From Methanotrichaceae archaeon (GTDB lineage Archaea > Halobacteriota > Methanosarcinia > Methanotrichales > Methanotrichaceae), in assembly GCA_963748825.1 (NCBI GenBank), contig CAVVKN010000006.1:32001-96000 (forward strand): a DNA stretch of 64,000 bases. The letters run 5' to 3'. The translations under genes were made by a program, and so were the position numbers. This document shows, in pieces, positions 40,152 through 50,735 of this stretch; the first letter of the stretch is position 1; each line of letters starts with the position of its first letter. The notes beneath the pieces were generated by a model. It searched no databases. It had not been told where the DNA came from and saw only the letters and a list, made by a program, of their open reading frames with translations.

Positions 40152-41267
40152 TTATCCAGGCGGGGCGAAAGTAATCCTGGTGCGCCATCCACAAGAAAGC
40201 TCCAGTTCCTCGTTCCAGCCGCTCTTGGCCAGGGCATCGATCAGTTCTGCTTTATATCCCAGATCCAGGCCCTGCAAGAGATCTACATGCTCTGCCCAAA
40301 GAGCCACTTTGATGCGGCCCGTCTCATCGGAGATGTAGATATTGGCCACCCTTCCGGCTTTTCCGTCATCTCTTTGAAACTCTCGCACCTCTCCCAGACC
40401 CGTTACAAAGCCGGAAACGCTGCAGATCATGCCGGGCTTTAGCTCGGCTATGGGAGTCATCTTCTCGGAGAACGAAACCGTTTCATTGCTCTTTTTAACT
40501 GTGCTGTAGTTTCCCGTCTGAATCTCCAGCGATCCGTACCTCTCCCGGCATGAGCCGTTAATGACCTCTATTGTCTCGCCCTTCTCCAGAGCCATTGCAG
40601 CCTGCTCATTCCAGAGGGTAAGCCTGATCTTGCCCGTCTCGTCTCCCAAAAGCACTGTGCGAACCTGTCCTTTGCCTCCGTCTTTACGCAGGAACTCTCT
40701 GATCTCGCCTGGATCCACGACGGCGCCTAGAAGGCTGACCTCGCCCATGTCGCTCTTGATCTCCGCAATTTTATATGGCTCGGTCCTGGGCAATATGTCT
40801 AAATCCACTTCCTCGATGCCGCCGCTTCTGCCTAAGGTAACCTCAGTTCCCGCGTAGCCCTCTTTGGCCAGACCTCTCACCTTGAGGCACTGGCCCTCCT
40901 TCAGATCTCCGGAGCGGACCAGCTCTACCGTCTCATCCCAGAGAGCCACGCGCACAGATCCCGTCTCGTCGGCCAGCGTCAGGTTTGCGACCCGTCCCAT
41001 GGACCCATCAGAGCGGGGAAACTCGCGTATCTCGGAGACTGCGAGCACACGGCCCGTGAAGGTGACATTTCCCGTCTCCGGCCGGATGCTGCCAATCTTG
41101 GTCAGCACCTCGGATGCACCCAGGTCCCGGGCCACAAGCATGGCCGCAGTCCTGCCATCGCATAGCCCCGCCATGAGGGCTACCTTTTCCTCTACCCTCG
41201 CCTGGAAATCCTCCGGCGTGATCTGATCTGCCACCTGCCGGTAAATTTCCTCAACTTGCTCGTCCAT
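40152..41267 (-). CDS. rpa: Replication protein A (three OB folds)
   Basis: Repeated REF.R.DG..G.V....DETG....LW; upstream of radA. Confidence 0.9.
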   Translation of the reverse strand: MDEQVEEIYRQVADQITPEDFQARVEEKVALMAGLCDGRTAAMLVARDLGASEVLTKIGSIRPETGNVTFTGRVLAVSEIREFPRSDGSMGRVANLTLADETGSVRVALWDETVELVRSGDLKEGQCLKVRGLAKEGYAGTEVTLGRSGGIEEVDLDILPRTEPYKIAEIKSDMGEVSLLGAVVDPGEIREFLRKDGGKGQVRTVLLGDETGKIRLTLWNEQAAMALEKGETIEVINGSCRERYGSLEIQTGNYSTVKKSNETVSFSEKMTPIAELKPGMICSVSGFVTGLGEVREFQRDDGKAGRVANIYISDETGRIKVALWAEHVDLLQGLDLGYKAELIDALAKSGWNEELELSCGWRTRITFAPPG

Positions 41268-41273
41268 TCCCGA

Positions 41274-43007
41274 TCATCCATGAACTTTATAGCGCTCTTC
41301 CAGGTACTTCAGATAGGGAGCATGGCAGGAGGCCAGGAAGGCGTTACAGACCGTTGCCGGATCCCCATCTGCTGCAATGGCTCCGTTCTCAATGAGCATG
41401 GCCCGATGGGAGATCTCCTTGACGAAATCAACATGGTGGCTGACAAGGATTATGGTGGTGCCAAGCTCTGCATTTATCTTCTTAATGGCGTTAGAGACCT
41501 CACGCATGGTGATCGGGTCGATATCACCGAAGGGCTCGTCCAGAATCAGGATCTTGGGCCTGGACGCCAGAATAATGGCTAAAGATGCTCTCACCAGCTC
41601 TCCGCCGCTCAGTTGCTCGGGCAGCTTCCACATGGCTTCTTGATCAAGGGAAATAAGATCAAAGATCGGCTCAGCATACTTGCGGGCCTCAGTCGTCGGA
41701 AAACGGGGAAACAGATCTTTGAATATGTCTCTGGTCAGTCCCAGTGACTCAAGGGCGGCTTTGGCGTCCTCTTCCGACATATCAGTCATTGCATAAATGA
41801 CATCAAGCACCTTGTCGCTTATGCCCAGCTCCTCTGCCACAGCCCGGGCATGGTCAATCACATCATTGCCCTTGATGCCCATTTTATAGGCAATCTGATC
41901 GAGAATGGTCTCTCCGGCATAAAGGGCGAACTCCTGATACATGATGCCTAAAGTGCGGCGCACATTCATTCTATCTGGCGAGTAGTTCATCATGTCTACC
42001 CATTTATCGCCGTACCGATAATACACGACCCCCTCGTCCGGCATCCTAACGCCCTGCATGATCTTGAGAAGAGTGGTCTTTCCCCCACCGCTGTTGCCGA
42101 TGATTGATGTGATCTCTCCTTCTAATATGTCGAAGTTGAGGTTCTTCATATTCAGGACATTCAGGACCTCTCCGGTGCAAATCTGGCAGCCCCTCTTGGA
42201 TATACCTCTCACTTTAATAAGAGGCTGGGCATTGGGCCAGGATGCAAGAGGCTCCATCTTTCCAATCCCTGCCATGAACTGGTCCAAGACCTGCCTCGGC
42301 TTCCCATCGGCTACTATCTTTCCCTTCTCCAGCCAAATCAGTCTATGTGCCAGATACTCATGAATCTCGGGCAGATGTGATACTACGATTATGGTCAGAT
42401 CCAGCTCCTTGTTCACGTTCTTGATGGCATCCAGCACTTCTTGCTTGGTGGCCGGACAGGCCATGGTGGCCGGCTCATCCAGCAGCAATATTTTGGGCTT
42501 CTTGGACAGTTGTCTGGCTATGAGCAGCCTTTGCTTCTCGCCGCCGCTGAGGATAGTGGCCAGATGCTGTGCTTTGTCCCCCAGGCCCACAAGTTGCAGG
42601 TAGTACATGGCCTCCTGGTACATCTCGTCATAGTCCCCGTCCGAGGGAATGGGCAGAACCTCATAGCCGGTTTTTCTGGCATGAATCCTTCGCACCACGT
42701 TTTTAAGGGCAGTCTCTGTCCAGAGTGCGAAGTCTCTTTGCAGATGTATGGCTGTAACGGCCATCTGCGCCCTTTTCACATCGTCGCTGGAATCGGGTGT
42801 GATGGTCAAGCCATCCAGGAGGATCTTGCCGGAATCAAAGCTCTCCATACCTCTCAGAATCTTCATGAGAGTGCTCTTGCCTCCCCCGCTCTTTCCCACC
42901 AATCCTAAAATCTCACCCGGCCTGGTTGTGAAGCTAACATTTTCAAGAGCCACAACATCTCTGTCCTTCACCCTGTATGTCTTGGACAGATTCTCAATCT
43001 GGAGCAA
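41274..43007 (-). CDS. atwA: Methyl-coenzyme M reductase system component A2
   Basis: Two ABC ATPase domains, IHLQR, LLLDEPATMACP. Confidence 0.88.
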   Translation of the reverse strand: MLQIENLSKTYRVKDRDVVALENVSFTTRPGEILGLVGKSGGGKSTLMKILRGMESFDSGKILLDGLTITPDSSDDVKRAQMAVTAIHLQRDFALWTETALKNVVRRIHARKTGYEVLPIPSDGDYDEMYQEAMYYLQLVGLGDKAQHLATILSGGEKQRLLIARQLSKKPKILLLDEPATMACPATKQEVLDAIKNVNKELDLTIIVVSHLPEIHEYLAHRLIWLEKGKIVADGKPRQVLDQFMAGIGKMEPLASWPNAQPLIKVRGISKRGCQICTGEVLNVLNMKNLNFDILEGEITSIIGNSGGGKTTLLKIMQGVRMPDEGVVYYRYGDKWVDMMNYSPDRMNVRRTLGIMYQEFALYAGETILDQIAYKMGIKGNDVIDHARAVAEELGISDKVLDVIYAMTDMSEEDAKAALESLGLTRDIFKDLFPRFPTTEARKYAEPIFDLISLDQEAMWKLPEQLSGGELVRASLAIILASRPKILILDEPFGDIDPITMREVSNAIKKINAELGTTIILVSHHVDFVKEISHRAMLIENGAIAADGDPATVCNAFLASCHAPYLKYLEERYKVHG

Positions 43008-43019
43008 AATAAAAACCTC

Positions 43020-45038
43020 CTACCTTACCTTAGTTCCCGTTTCCACTGATTCACGAGGCCGGAGCAGTACGGCCTTGCCGGCTGCATCTGCGGCCAGAAG
43101 CATGGCTTGTGACTCGACGCCAAAGAGCTTGGTCGGCTTGAGATTGGCTAAAACGACCACCTGCGTGCCTACCAGCTCCTCTGCTGAGTAGCCCTCTGCA
43201 ATGCCTGCCACCACCTGACGAGTCTCGCTTCCGATATCGACCAGGAGCTTGAGCAGCTTCTTTGAGCCCTTAATGGGGCCGGCCTCCTTAATTTCGCCTA
43301 TACGTAGATCTAATGATCCAAAATCCTCAAAAGAGATCTCACCCTTCTTCTCGGCCGCTTTTTCCGCTGCCTTCCCCTTGACTTCGGCTTTTTCTACCCT
43401 CTCTTTAAAAATCCCGTCCAGTTCTTTGACGAATGCCTCTTCCATGCGTAAGAAGAGGATCTCGGGAGTGCCGAGCCGGCTCCCCTCGGCGAGAGGAATC
43501 AAAGCCTCCTGGAAGGATTTTTCCGCCACGGCTCCCTCCTGGCCCAGTTGCTTCCAGGCAGCCTCCATCTTTGTGGGCATGACCGGTTCCATGAAAAGGA
43601 CCAGCGCCTTGGCGATCTGCAGACAACTTCTCAGCACGACGCCGGCCGAGGCTTTATCGCTCTTGACCAGCTTCCAGGGTTCGTGGCTCTGGAAGTAGAT
43701 ATTGCCGTAGTCCGCTAGAGTCATCACGCTATCTGCAGCCTTCTTGAACTCGTACTCCTCCAGGCTGGATACGACTTCATTTAAGGTCTGCTTTATCCTG
43801 GCCATGACCTCCTGGTCAATCTCGCCCTGGGGGACTCTGCCCTCGAAGTTCTTCACTGTGAATGTCAAGGCGCGGTTAAGGAAGTTTCCAAACGCTCCCA
43901 CAAGCTCGGTGTTTACCTTATCGGCAAAGATCTTCCAGGCGAAGTTGACCTCCTTGTTGTGAGCGGTGTAGCTGGCCAGATAATAGCGCAGCAGATCGGG
44001 ATGAAGGCCCTTCTCCAGGTAATCGTCTTTGACCCAGATGACATTGCCCCGCGATTTGGAGAACTTCTTGTCATCGATCTTGAGCATGCCGCTGGCCACT
44101 ACTGCGGAAGGCAGGTTATACCCGGCTCCTTTGAGCATGGCCGGCCAGAAGATGCAGTGGTGGTAGACGATGTCCCCTCCGATGAAGTGTATGATCTTCG
44201 CCCCATCCTTCCAATAGCTCTGCCAGTCCCGGTCGTTCTTGGCACACCACTCCTCGGTGAAGGCGATGTAGCCGATGGGCGCATCCACCCAAACATAGAC
44301 CACCAGATCGTCGTGTCCGGGAAACTTCACGCCCCAGGACATATTGCGGGTTATGCACCAGTCCTTCAGCTCCTGGCGGACCCATTCCATAGCGTAATTG
44401 CGAGCCGATGTCGTTCCTCCTAAAGTCTCAAGATAATTAAGGAGAAAATCCTTGAATTCTGAGAGCTTAAAGAAATAATGGATCTGCTTGCGATACTCGG
44501 CCTTTCCGCCGCAGACCTTGCAGACTGCGTTTTTGATCTCCCCCGGCTCCAGATGGCGACCGCAGCCCATGTCGCACTCGTCGCCGCGTGCAGGCTTTCC
44601 GCAGTAGGGACATTCTCCCTCTACATACCTATCCGGCAAGAAACGTTCGCATTTGGGACAGTAGGCAAGTTCGATCTCTTTGGAATAAACGTGGCCTGCG
44701 TCCATGAGGGCACGGACCATCTCTTGCGTGCGATTGTGACAGGCGGGATCGTCGGTGTCGCCGAAGAAGTCGAAGTCGACGCCCATCCCTTTGAAGACAT
44801 CGTCAAAGTGCTGGTGATATCTGGCCACGAGAGCTTTCGGCGTCATCCCCAGGCCTTCGGCATTGACCACGATGGGAGTTCCGTGGGCGTCCGAACCACA
44901 GACGAAGAGCACATCTTTGCCCATCTTTTTCAATCCTCGAACGAAGATGTCCGCCGGTACGTAGGTTCTTAAATGGCCTAAATGACAGGGCCCATTGGCA
45001 TAGGGCAGGCCGCAGGTTACAAGGATAGGCGATGACAA
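43020..45038 (-). CDS. metG: Methionine--tRNA ligase with C-terminal tRNA-binding domain
   Basis: [25 protein letters not shown]. Confidence 0.95.
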   Translation of the reverse strand: MSSPILVTCGLPYANGPCHLGHLRTYVPADIFVRGLKKMGKDVLFVCGSDAHGTPIVVNAEGLGMTPKALVARYHQHFDDVFKGMGVDFDFFGDTDDPACHNRTQEMVRALMDAGHVYSKEIELAYCPKCERFLPDRYVEGECPYCGKPARGDECDMGCGRHLEPGEIKNAVCKVCGGKAEYRKQIHYFFKLSEFKDFLLNYLETLGGTTSARNYAMEWVRQELKDWCITRNMSWGVKFPGHDDLVVYVWVDAPIGYIAFTEEWCAKNDRDWQSYWKDGAKIIHFIGGDIVYHHCIFWPAMLKGAGYNLPSAVVASGMLKIDDKKFSKSRGNVIWVKDDYLEKGLHPDLLRYYLASYTAHNKEVNFAWKIFADKVNTELVGAFGNFLNRALTFTVKNFEGRVPQGEIDQEVMARIKQTLNEVVSSLEEYEFKKAADSVMTLADYGNIYFQSHEPWKLVKSDKASAGVVLRSCLQIAKALVLFMEPVMPTKMEAAWKQLGQEGAVAEKSFQEALIPLAEGSRLGTPEILFLRMEEAFVKELDGIFKERVEKAEVKGKAAEKAAEKKGEISFEDFGSLDLRIGEIKEAGPIKGSKKLLKLLVDIGSETRQVVAGIAEGYSAEELVGTQVVVLANLKPTKLFGVESQAMLLAADAAGKAVLLRPRESVETGTKVR

Positions 45039-45237
45039 TCTAGAACACCGCTTCTGCTTATGATGAAACAGGCAGATATAGGTTTCCCAGCCTGGCGGTC
45101 TCGCCGGTTCCTATGAAAAAAGTTCTTGGATAAAATGTATATAATTGAATGGCAAATGCAGGCAATAGTATTAAATTCGCCATCACATGAGAGGAAAAAA
45201 GAAATTAGAGACAATAGATTTAACGGGGGTATTCAGA

Positions 45238-46226
45238 TGAAAATTATTGTTCTAGCCCTTCTGCTGGCTTTGGCCTTCGGGACTGCCCAGGCCGTGCCGC
45301 TGCAGGGCAGCGATGGAAACGCGACTGTGGTGCTCTTCGGAGCGACCAGGACGCCTCTGGCTGATGAAAATTCAACTCAGGAAATCCTAAAGGTTGATGT
45401 CGGTCTCATAGGGGCTGAGAATGCCACATATCAACTGGTGGATGCTGATAATAATATTTACCTGCCCGGCCTTTACAAGCCTCTATCTTCCGGAAAACAG
45501 ACTGTCTACTTCCTCACGACCAAAGACAGCCTCTTCAAGCTCCTCAATGTTACGCCTGAGGGAGGAAAGCCCATTTATATCAACTGGTGGGCGACACCCA
45601 AAGGCAGCAATGACAATCTGATAGTAAGGTACTACGGAATCACTGATTGGCTGATAAATCCCGATGAGCAGGGGATAGTAATTCAGGTACGCGTACAGAA
45701 TAACGGCACTCAAAAAATCATTGTCAGCCCGGAGAACTTCACTCTGATGGACCAGTGGGGCTGGCCCTACCGTCCTACCCTGGGCTTTGATCCGGAGATT
45801 GTCGAGCCTCAAAAAGCTACTACATCCCGTGTCTTGCTAGGCTTTACCGGTATCTCGCTTCTCAGCCGTCCTGCAGCCCTGGCATATGACAATGGGGCAC
45901 CCAACCAGATCATAATAATGTTTGAGAGAGACTATGTGCCGCTCTCAGATGAGCTGGTCTACGGCGCCAATGCCACAAAGAGCGCGGCCAGCGTAGAGCC
46001 GGCACCTGCTGCGGTCCAGCCGACCTCGAATCCGACAGAACAGAACGTGGCCGTGCAGGCTCCAGCTAGCGAGACGAAAGAGACCAAGAAACTCTCGATC
46101 AAGGATAAGTTAGAAGCCAGCAAGGCGAGGCTCGCAGCCACGAAAGCAAGTCTGGATGAAAAGACACCGGATACAAATAGCACATCAAGCAGCGCCTCGA
46201 ATAGCTCATCGAGCATTTCCGCCTAA
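45238..46226 (+). CDS. Secreted Ig-like (DUF4352-like) protein
   Basis: Signal peptide MKIIVLALLLALAFGTAQA; NNG...NFTLMDQWGW; low-complexity tail. Confidence 0.7.
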
Positions 46227-46479
46227 CTTGACGGGTGGCTTTCCGGAGATATTGCATGCTGCCTGGGAATCTCCCAGGCATATCTTTTGAGAGGGGCTTT
46301 GACACCGGTGCTAGGGATTTGCATGGGTTTTATCATATATATAAATAAATTATATTATTATGTTATGCGCGGAGCGATTGTCTCAATAGCCAAGATTTAT
46401 GAATAACATCTATCTATTCTAGGCAAGGAACCAAAAAGGACCCAAAAGAATATATCATAACATCGGAGGTATGTTATAG

Positions 46480-47412
46480 ATGAGATGGCTGGCTCTGGCA
46501 TTGTTCATGATCCTATTACCAGGAATCGCCCAAGATTATCCTCTGCAAATGAACAACGGTGTCGTCAACTGCACCATATTCGGCTCCTTCAAGGATCCCG
46601 GATTTTCTGGGTCCTCTTATTCCGACTCATATTCAGTCCTGGTTGTAGACACTCGCCTGACCAGAATGAACGAGAGCGATAAAGCACCAATTCGTGCTGC
46701 CTATATCCTCACCGATGGAAACGACCGGGTTTTTCAGACCAGTGCTCAGAATATCAAAGAACTGCAGACAGGTCGCCGGCTGATTGGCTTTATCGTTCCC
46801 AAGGAGACTATTGCCAGAAGCTTGACTATAGATTTGTCCCAGGATAAAGCGGGAGGGGAGCAGTTCTCGGTTCGCTTTCCCGAGCTTGTCAACTCCAGCA
46901 ACGAAAATGTGACCTTGCTCTATTATGGAGTGCTTCGGTCCAGCATAAGCTCCTACAAGAAGACGATAGAATTGGATGTGGCGATAACCAATAACGGCAC
47001 GAAGAAGCTTTCCCTTGATGCCAATAACTTCACATTGAAGGACCAGTGGGGCTGGAAGTACGACAGCAAAGAGTATGATAACTACGGAAAGAAGGGAATG
47101 TCTGCGATGATGTTGGAGAAAAATGAGACCATTAGATCCGGCCTGATCTTCAACTCCGTCTCGCCACTCAGCAGACCGGTGGAACTTGTCTACAGGTATT
47201 CCAATAACAGCTCCCTGACAATGAATATAGATCCAGAGGCGGGCCTGGGCTACTCCATTCCAGATAAGAAGGAATGCGTTGATTGTGAGAGCCCAAAGGA
47301 AGACGCCTCCAGCCTGGCCGGCTCCATCAAGGCCACCAAAGCCCGGCTGGCCAAAGTCAAGAAGATAAACAGCACAGCAGAGAGCGCTCCCAAAGGGCGA
47401 GATGAGCTTTGA
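46480..47412 (+). CDS. Secreted Ig-like protein, paralog of the upstream gene
   Basis: GGAGGT RBS; signal peptide; NNG...NFTLKDQWGW. Confidence 0.7.
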   Translation: MRWLALALFMILLPGIAQDYPLQMNNGVVNCTIFGSFKDPGFSGSSYSDSYSVLVVDTRLTRMNESDKAPIRAAYILTDGNDRVFQTSAQNIKELQTGRRLIGFIVPKETIARSLTIDLSQDKAGGEQFSVRFPELVNSSNENVTLLYYGVLRSSISSYKKTIELDVAITNNGTKKLSLDANNFTLKDQWGWKYDSKEYDNYGKKGMSAMMLEKNETIRSGLIFNSVSPLSRPVELVYRYSNNSSLTMNIDPEAGLGYSIPDKKECVDCESPKEDASSLAGSIKATKARLAKVKKINSTAESAPKGRDEL

Positions 47413-48442
47413 GGGAAGGTACAGGATGGTTTTTTCCCTCTGGCACCTTCTTCCTTCTGCACTCTCTGCCCTCCTGATAATTGCACTGGCCTTCCTGGGA
47501 AGGCGGGGCGGGCAGGGCAATTCTCACAAGAGATTGAGCTTTGTAATGGTCCTGTTTGCAGCTCTTGGGCTGGCGGGCTATCTCAATCAGGGAAATTTTA
47601 TCTTCTTTCCTTTGGATCAACATGTCCTGCACTCCGCTCTGGGCTTGATCGCTTTTATGCTCTCGGTTTCTCTTTTTGTGGATGCAATGATATCTCACAG
47701 ACTGGCAAGAAAAGCGCATTGCAGGATAGGCTACGCCGCGGCTGCTTTCGCCTTGCTGGCCCTTTTGAGCGGCCTTCTCCTGCTTTCGGGAGGGCTCTTG
47801 AGTCAGGATGAACCCACAAACCCATCTTTGCCCGCAACGCCCAATTCTAATCTTCAAGAGAATACCTCCAGCATCCTGCCGGAGAAAGAAGCCAGCGAAT
47901 ACCGGGGCAAGAGGCTGGTGCCTATATCCGAGCAGGGAAACAATGCCCTCTCCGGCACGCAGCATCTCGACCGGGAGGCATTGCGTCTGAATGTCACGGG
48001 ACTGGTTAGGAAAGATTTGAGCCTCAGCTACGAGGAAATGCTCGCGCTTCCGGCTTACACCGAGCTTGCCTATATGCCCTGCGTGGAAGGATGGGGATTT
48101 GATGCCAAATGGACCGGCTTTCGGGTGTCGGATCTGCTCAATATGTCCGGCCTTTTGCCGCAAGCAAGCTACGTGGTATTTCACAGCGCAGATGGCTACT
48201 CCACCGGCCTGCCCCTAGACTATTTGCAGGAAAATCAGATCCTGCTGGCATATGGCATCAATGATGTTACGCTGCCGGCTGAGCGGGGCTTTCCCCTGCA
48301 ACTGGTTGCCAAGAGTCGATACGGCTACAAATGGGGCAAATGGATAACCAGTATCGAGGTAGTGGATAGAGAGGTGAGAGGCTACTGGGAATCAAGGGGC
48401 TACAGCAACAGCGCCAAAGTGGGCGAGCTTGCTTTTGGGTGA
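47402..48442 (+). CDS. Sulfite-oxidase/MsrP-like molybdopterin oxidoreductase with an N-terminal membrane domain
   Basis: CVEGW, WTG, DGYSTGLPL, RGFPLQLV, YGYKWGKW, GYWESRGY; about 4 N-terminal TM helices. Confidence 0.85.
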   Translation: MSFEGRYRMVFSLWHLLPSALSALLIIALAFLGRRGGQGNSHKRLSFVMVLFAALGLAGYLNQGNFIFFPLDQHVLHSALGLIAFMLSVSLFVDAMISHRLARKAHCRIGYAAAAFALLALLSGLLLLSGGLLSQDEPTNPSLPATPNSNLQENTSSILPEKEASEYRGKRLVPISEQGNNALSGTQHLDREALRLNVTGLVRKDLSLSYEEMLALPAYTELAYMPCVEGWGFDAKWTGFRVSDLLNMSGLLPQASYVVFHSADGYSTGLPLDYLQENQILLAYGINDVTLPAERGFPLQLVAKSRYGYKWGKWITSIEVVDREVRGYWESRGYSNSAKVGELAFG

Positions 48443-48462
48443 CTAAAATCAAATTATCAAAT

Positions 48463-48573
48463 GTGAACTACCGCGTACTGAAGACCACCCTGAAGGATTG
48501 GGGACTTACCGATGTTTCGACTTCTCGCCGAAACTCTCGCTGACCCGCGGTCAGCGATATTCGTCCTTCACAA
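48463..48573 (-). mobile_element. IS200/IS605-family end remnant (PATE/omega-RNA-like)
   Basis: GTGAACTACC...CACCCTGAAGGATTGGGACTT resembles the right-end hairpin ending TCAC on the minus strand; second hairpin TCGCTGACC-CGC-GGTCAGCGA. Confidence 0.5.
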
Positions 48574-48594
48574 TCCTACAAGTTATTTTTTTAT

Positions 48595-49260
48595 TTACTC
48601 CACGCCGCGAGCAGTTAGGCGGAAATCCGCCGCAATCCCCTCCGGGGAAGAGCGGTGCTTCATGAGCCGGGCGCTACGCACCCCCTCTCCTTTCTTCTCC
48701 AAAAAGAGAATGGCTTTGCATATGTGCTCCAGGCCTGTGCCCCCCATTGGCCGCAGAGAATTGTTCTCAATGTCCATGTAGACCTGATTGGTTATTACAA
48801 CGGGAATCCTGTGCCTTCGAGCAATTTCCTGCAGCTCGGAGAGCTGGACGGTTAAAGTTCGGCGAATAGAACGGTTATCCTCCGCCTCCAGAAGCACGCG
48901 ATAAAGGGATGTGGCCGAATCGAGAATTATCAGGCCTAAATCCCGGCCGGCGATCTTGGCGGCCTCGCGAATGGCTATTGCCTGCTGCTCCAGGCTCATG
49001 GGCTCAAATATCATGATCTTCGCGGCCATCTCTTCTGCGCCGGGGCCGGCGATCTGCTTGAACCTTTCCGCGGAAAAGCCCTCCGTATCTATGAATATGA
49101 CGCGCAGACCTCGAGCTACGGCCTGCACTGCCAGTTGCATGACAATGTTGCTTTTTCCCGTGCCTGCCTCCCCGTAAAGCTGGGTTATTATGCCCGATTC
49201 AAATCCCCCGCTTAAGAGAAGATCCAGGCTCTGGCAACCGGAAGGCAAACGGTCAAGCAT
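48595..49260 (-). CDS. radB: DNA repair protein RadB
   Basis: GEAGTGKS, IDTEGFSAERF, C-terminal KHR motif. Confidence 0.92.
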   Translation of the reverse strand: MLDRLPSGCQSLDLLLSGGFESGIITQLYGEAGTGKSNIVMQLAVQAVARGLRVIFIDTEGFSAERFKQIAGPGAEEMAAKIMIFEPMSLEQQAIAIREAAKIAGRDLGLIILDSATSLYRVLLEAEDNRSIRRTLTVQLSELQEIARRHRIPVVITNQVYMDIENNSLRPMGGTGLEHICKAILFLEKKGEGVRSARLMKHRSSPEGIAADFRLTARGVE

Positions 49261-49278
49261 GAGCGATCACATGAATCA

Positions 49279-49872
49279 CTATCGTATATGAGTAAAGCTA
49301 TCGATCCTTTCCATAAGCCGGTCCATGGCCTCCCGTTCCCTGGGACCGCCACAGCGGTCGATGATCCTTTGCATCTTCATCAGCTCCATGAAATAGGAAT
49401 CGGTGCGAAGAGCCAGATACCTGGTGGCAGCAACAGCCGCTTCAATTACAAGATTTGCCCCCCGGTTGCAGGCGCGAAAGTCCTTTCTTAAGACCTCGCC
49501 CTTGACCAGCTCTACCTTGGCGATGATGATATCCGTGGCAAAGGCCTCACATTTGAAGAGCCCCCAGGCTTCTGCCTCTTTTAGCACAGGCAGATCTTCC
49601 CGGCGCGTGAAATATTCCGGGTCAAGGTCCTCTAGGGCTGTCTCCGCGAAGAGCCAGGCGTCATGGCTGATGTTGGCCACAAACCACCCTTTGGTCAGTA
49701 TGTTTTCATAGGTATGAGTTCCTAAGAAGAGTCGCACAAAGAGGCTATCTCCATCTCTGACGATGCCCAGAGGCGCGGCATTGATCCTCCCGGAACTCTC
49801 GGTAGTTGCGATTACCTCGTTTATGCCGTCTTGTATTCCCAGCTCATCTAAAGCGTCATTTCCATAAAGCAT
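49279..49872 (-). CDS. DUF447 family protein
   Basis: EVIATT...NAAPLG, NRG...VIEAAV.ATR. Confidence 0.85.
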   Translation of the reverse strand: MLYGNDALDELGIQDGINEVIATTESSGRINAAPLGIVRDGDSLFVRLFLGTHTYENILTKGWFVANISHDAWLFAETALEDLDPEYFTRREDLPVLKEAEAWGLFKCEAFATDIIIAKVELVKGEVLRKDFRACNRGANLVIEAAVAATRYLALRTDSYFMELMKMQRIIDRCGGPREREAMDRLMERIDSFTHIR

Positions 49873-49874
49873 TA

Positions 49875-50729
49875 TTAAAACCTCAAACCCCTCAGAATGG
49901 AGATAAATAAAGATGCTGCAATCAGGTCTGCCGTGGACCCGGGATTGATGTCCTGCGCCAGAAGATCGTGGTCCAGTTCATGAGCCTTGCCAAGGGTGGC
50001 ATCAAGAAGCGCCTCGCCTGCCCGCTCTGAGACCTGATTGGCCAACTCTCCCCCAAATTTGGCGCAAATCAGGCTGTCGGGCACCTCTGACAGCGCCTCC
50101 AGGAAGGTTCTGACCACACCGTCGTTCAGGCCCCATCTGCCGATTTGCTCGGCCAATCTTTCCGCGAGCAGAAATGAGCGCTCATAATTGGTGGACCATT
50201 CGCGAGCAACAATGTCGTGCTTAGTGGAGAGCCTCATCAGCTCCAACAGAGTCTGGCCGCTGCCCCGAACGGCTTTTTGCCAGTTCTTGTCATTCAAGCT
50301 GAAACTGTCCACCTCGGCAACTCTGGCTTTGGCTTTCTCGAAGGCTCTGTAAAAGTCGATGGCGTCGATTACGGTGGTCTTTTCCAGGACCTCTCTTAGC
50401 TCCGCCTGCAATTCACCAGGCCTTCCCGCGGCGATAGCTATGGGGATCATGAGGACCAGAGAGCCGAAATGAGTGTTGCTGTTCAAATTCCAGGTCTGCC
50501 AGGCTAGGACCCCCTCTAAAATGAGCGAGCCCACACTTCCTTTGCCCTGGGCGGCTTTGCGAAAAACGGGATAAGCTGAAACGGCACTGGTCAGGAAATG
50601 ATGAAAGCCGATATCAGAAAAATCATGACAGCGATCGACATTGCCTGGCTTGGGACTGGAAGAGAGCTCAAAGAGCATAGCCAGCATTGCGCTTTGGGCC
50701 ACGCGATCGGAACTTAGGTCAGGGCTCAT
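49875..50729 (-). CDS. citG: Triphosphoribosyl-dephospho-CoA synthase (CitG family)
   Basis: PKPGNV, NTHFG, NPGSTADL. Confidence 0.85.
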   Translation of the reverse strand: MSPDLSSDRVAQSAMLAMLFELSSSPKPGNVDRCHDFSDIGFHHFLTSAVSAYPVFRKAAQGKGSVGSLILEGVLAWQTWNLNSNTHFGSLVLMIPIAIAAGRPGELQAELREVLEKTTVIDAIDFYRAFEKAKARVAEVDSFSLNDKNWQKAVRGSGQTLLELMRLSTKHDIVAREWSTNYERSFLLAERLAEQIGRWGLNDGVVRTFLEALSEVPDSLICAKFGGELANQVSERAGEALLDATLGKAHELDHDLLAQDINPGSTADLIAASLFISILRGLRF

Positions 50730-50735
50730 GACTTA

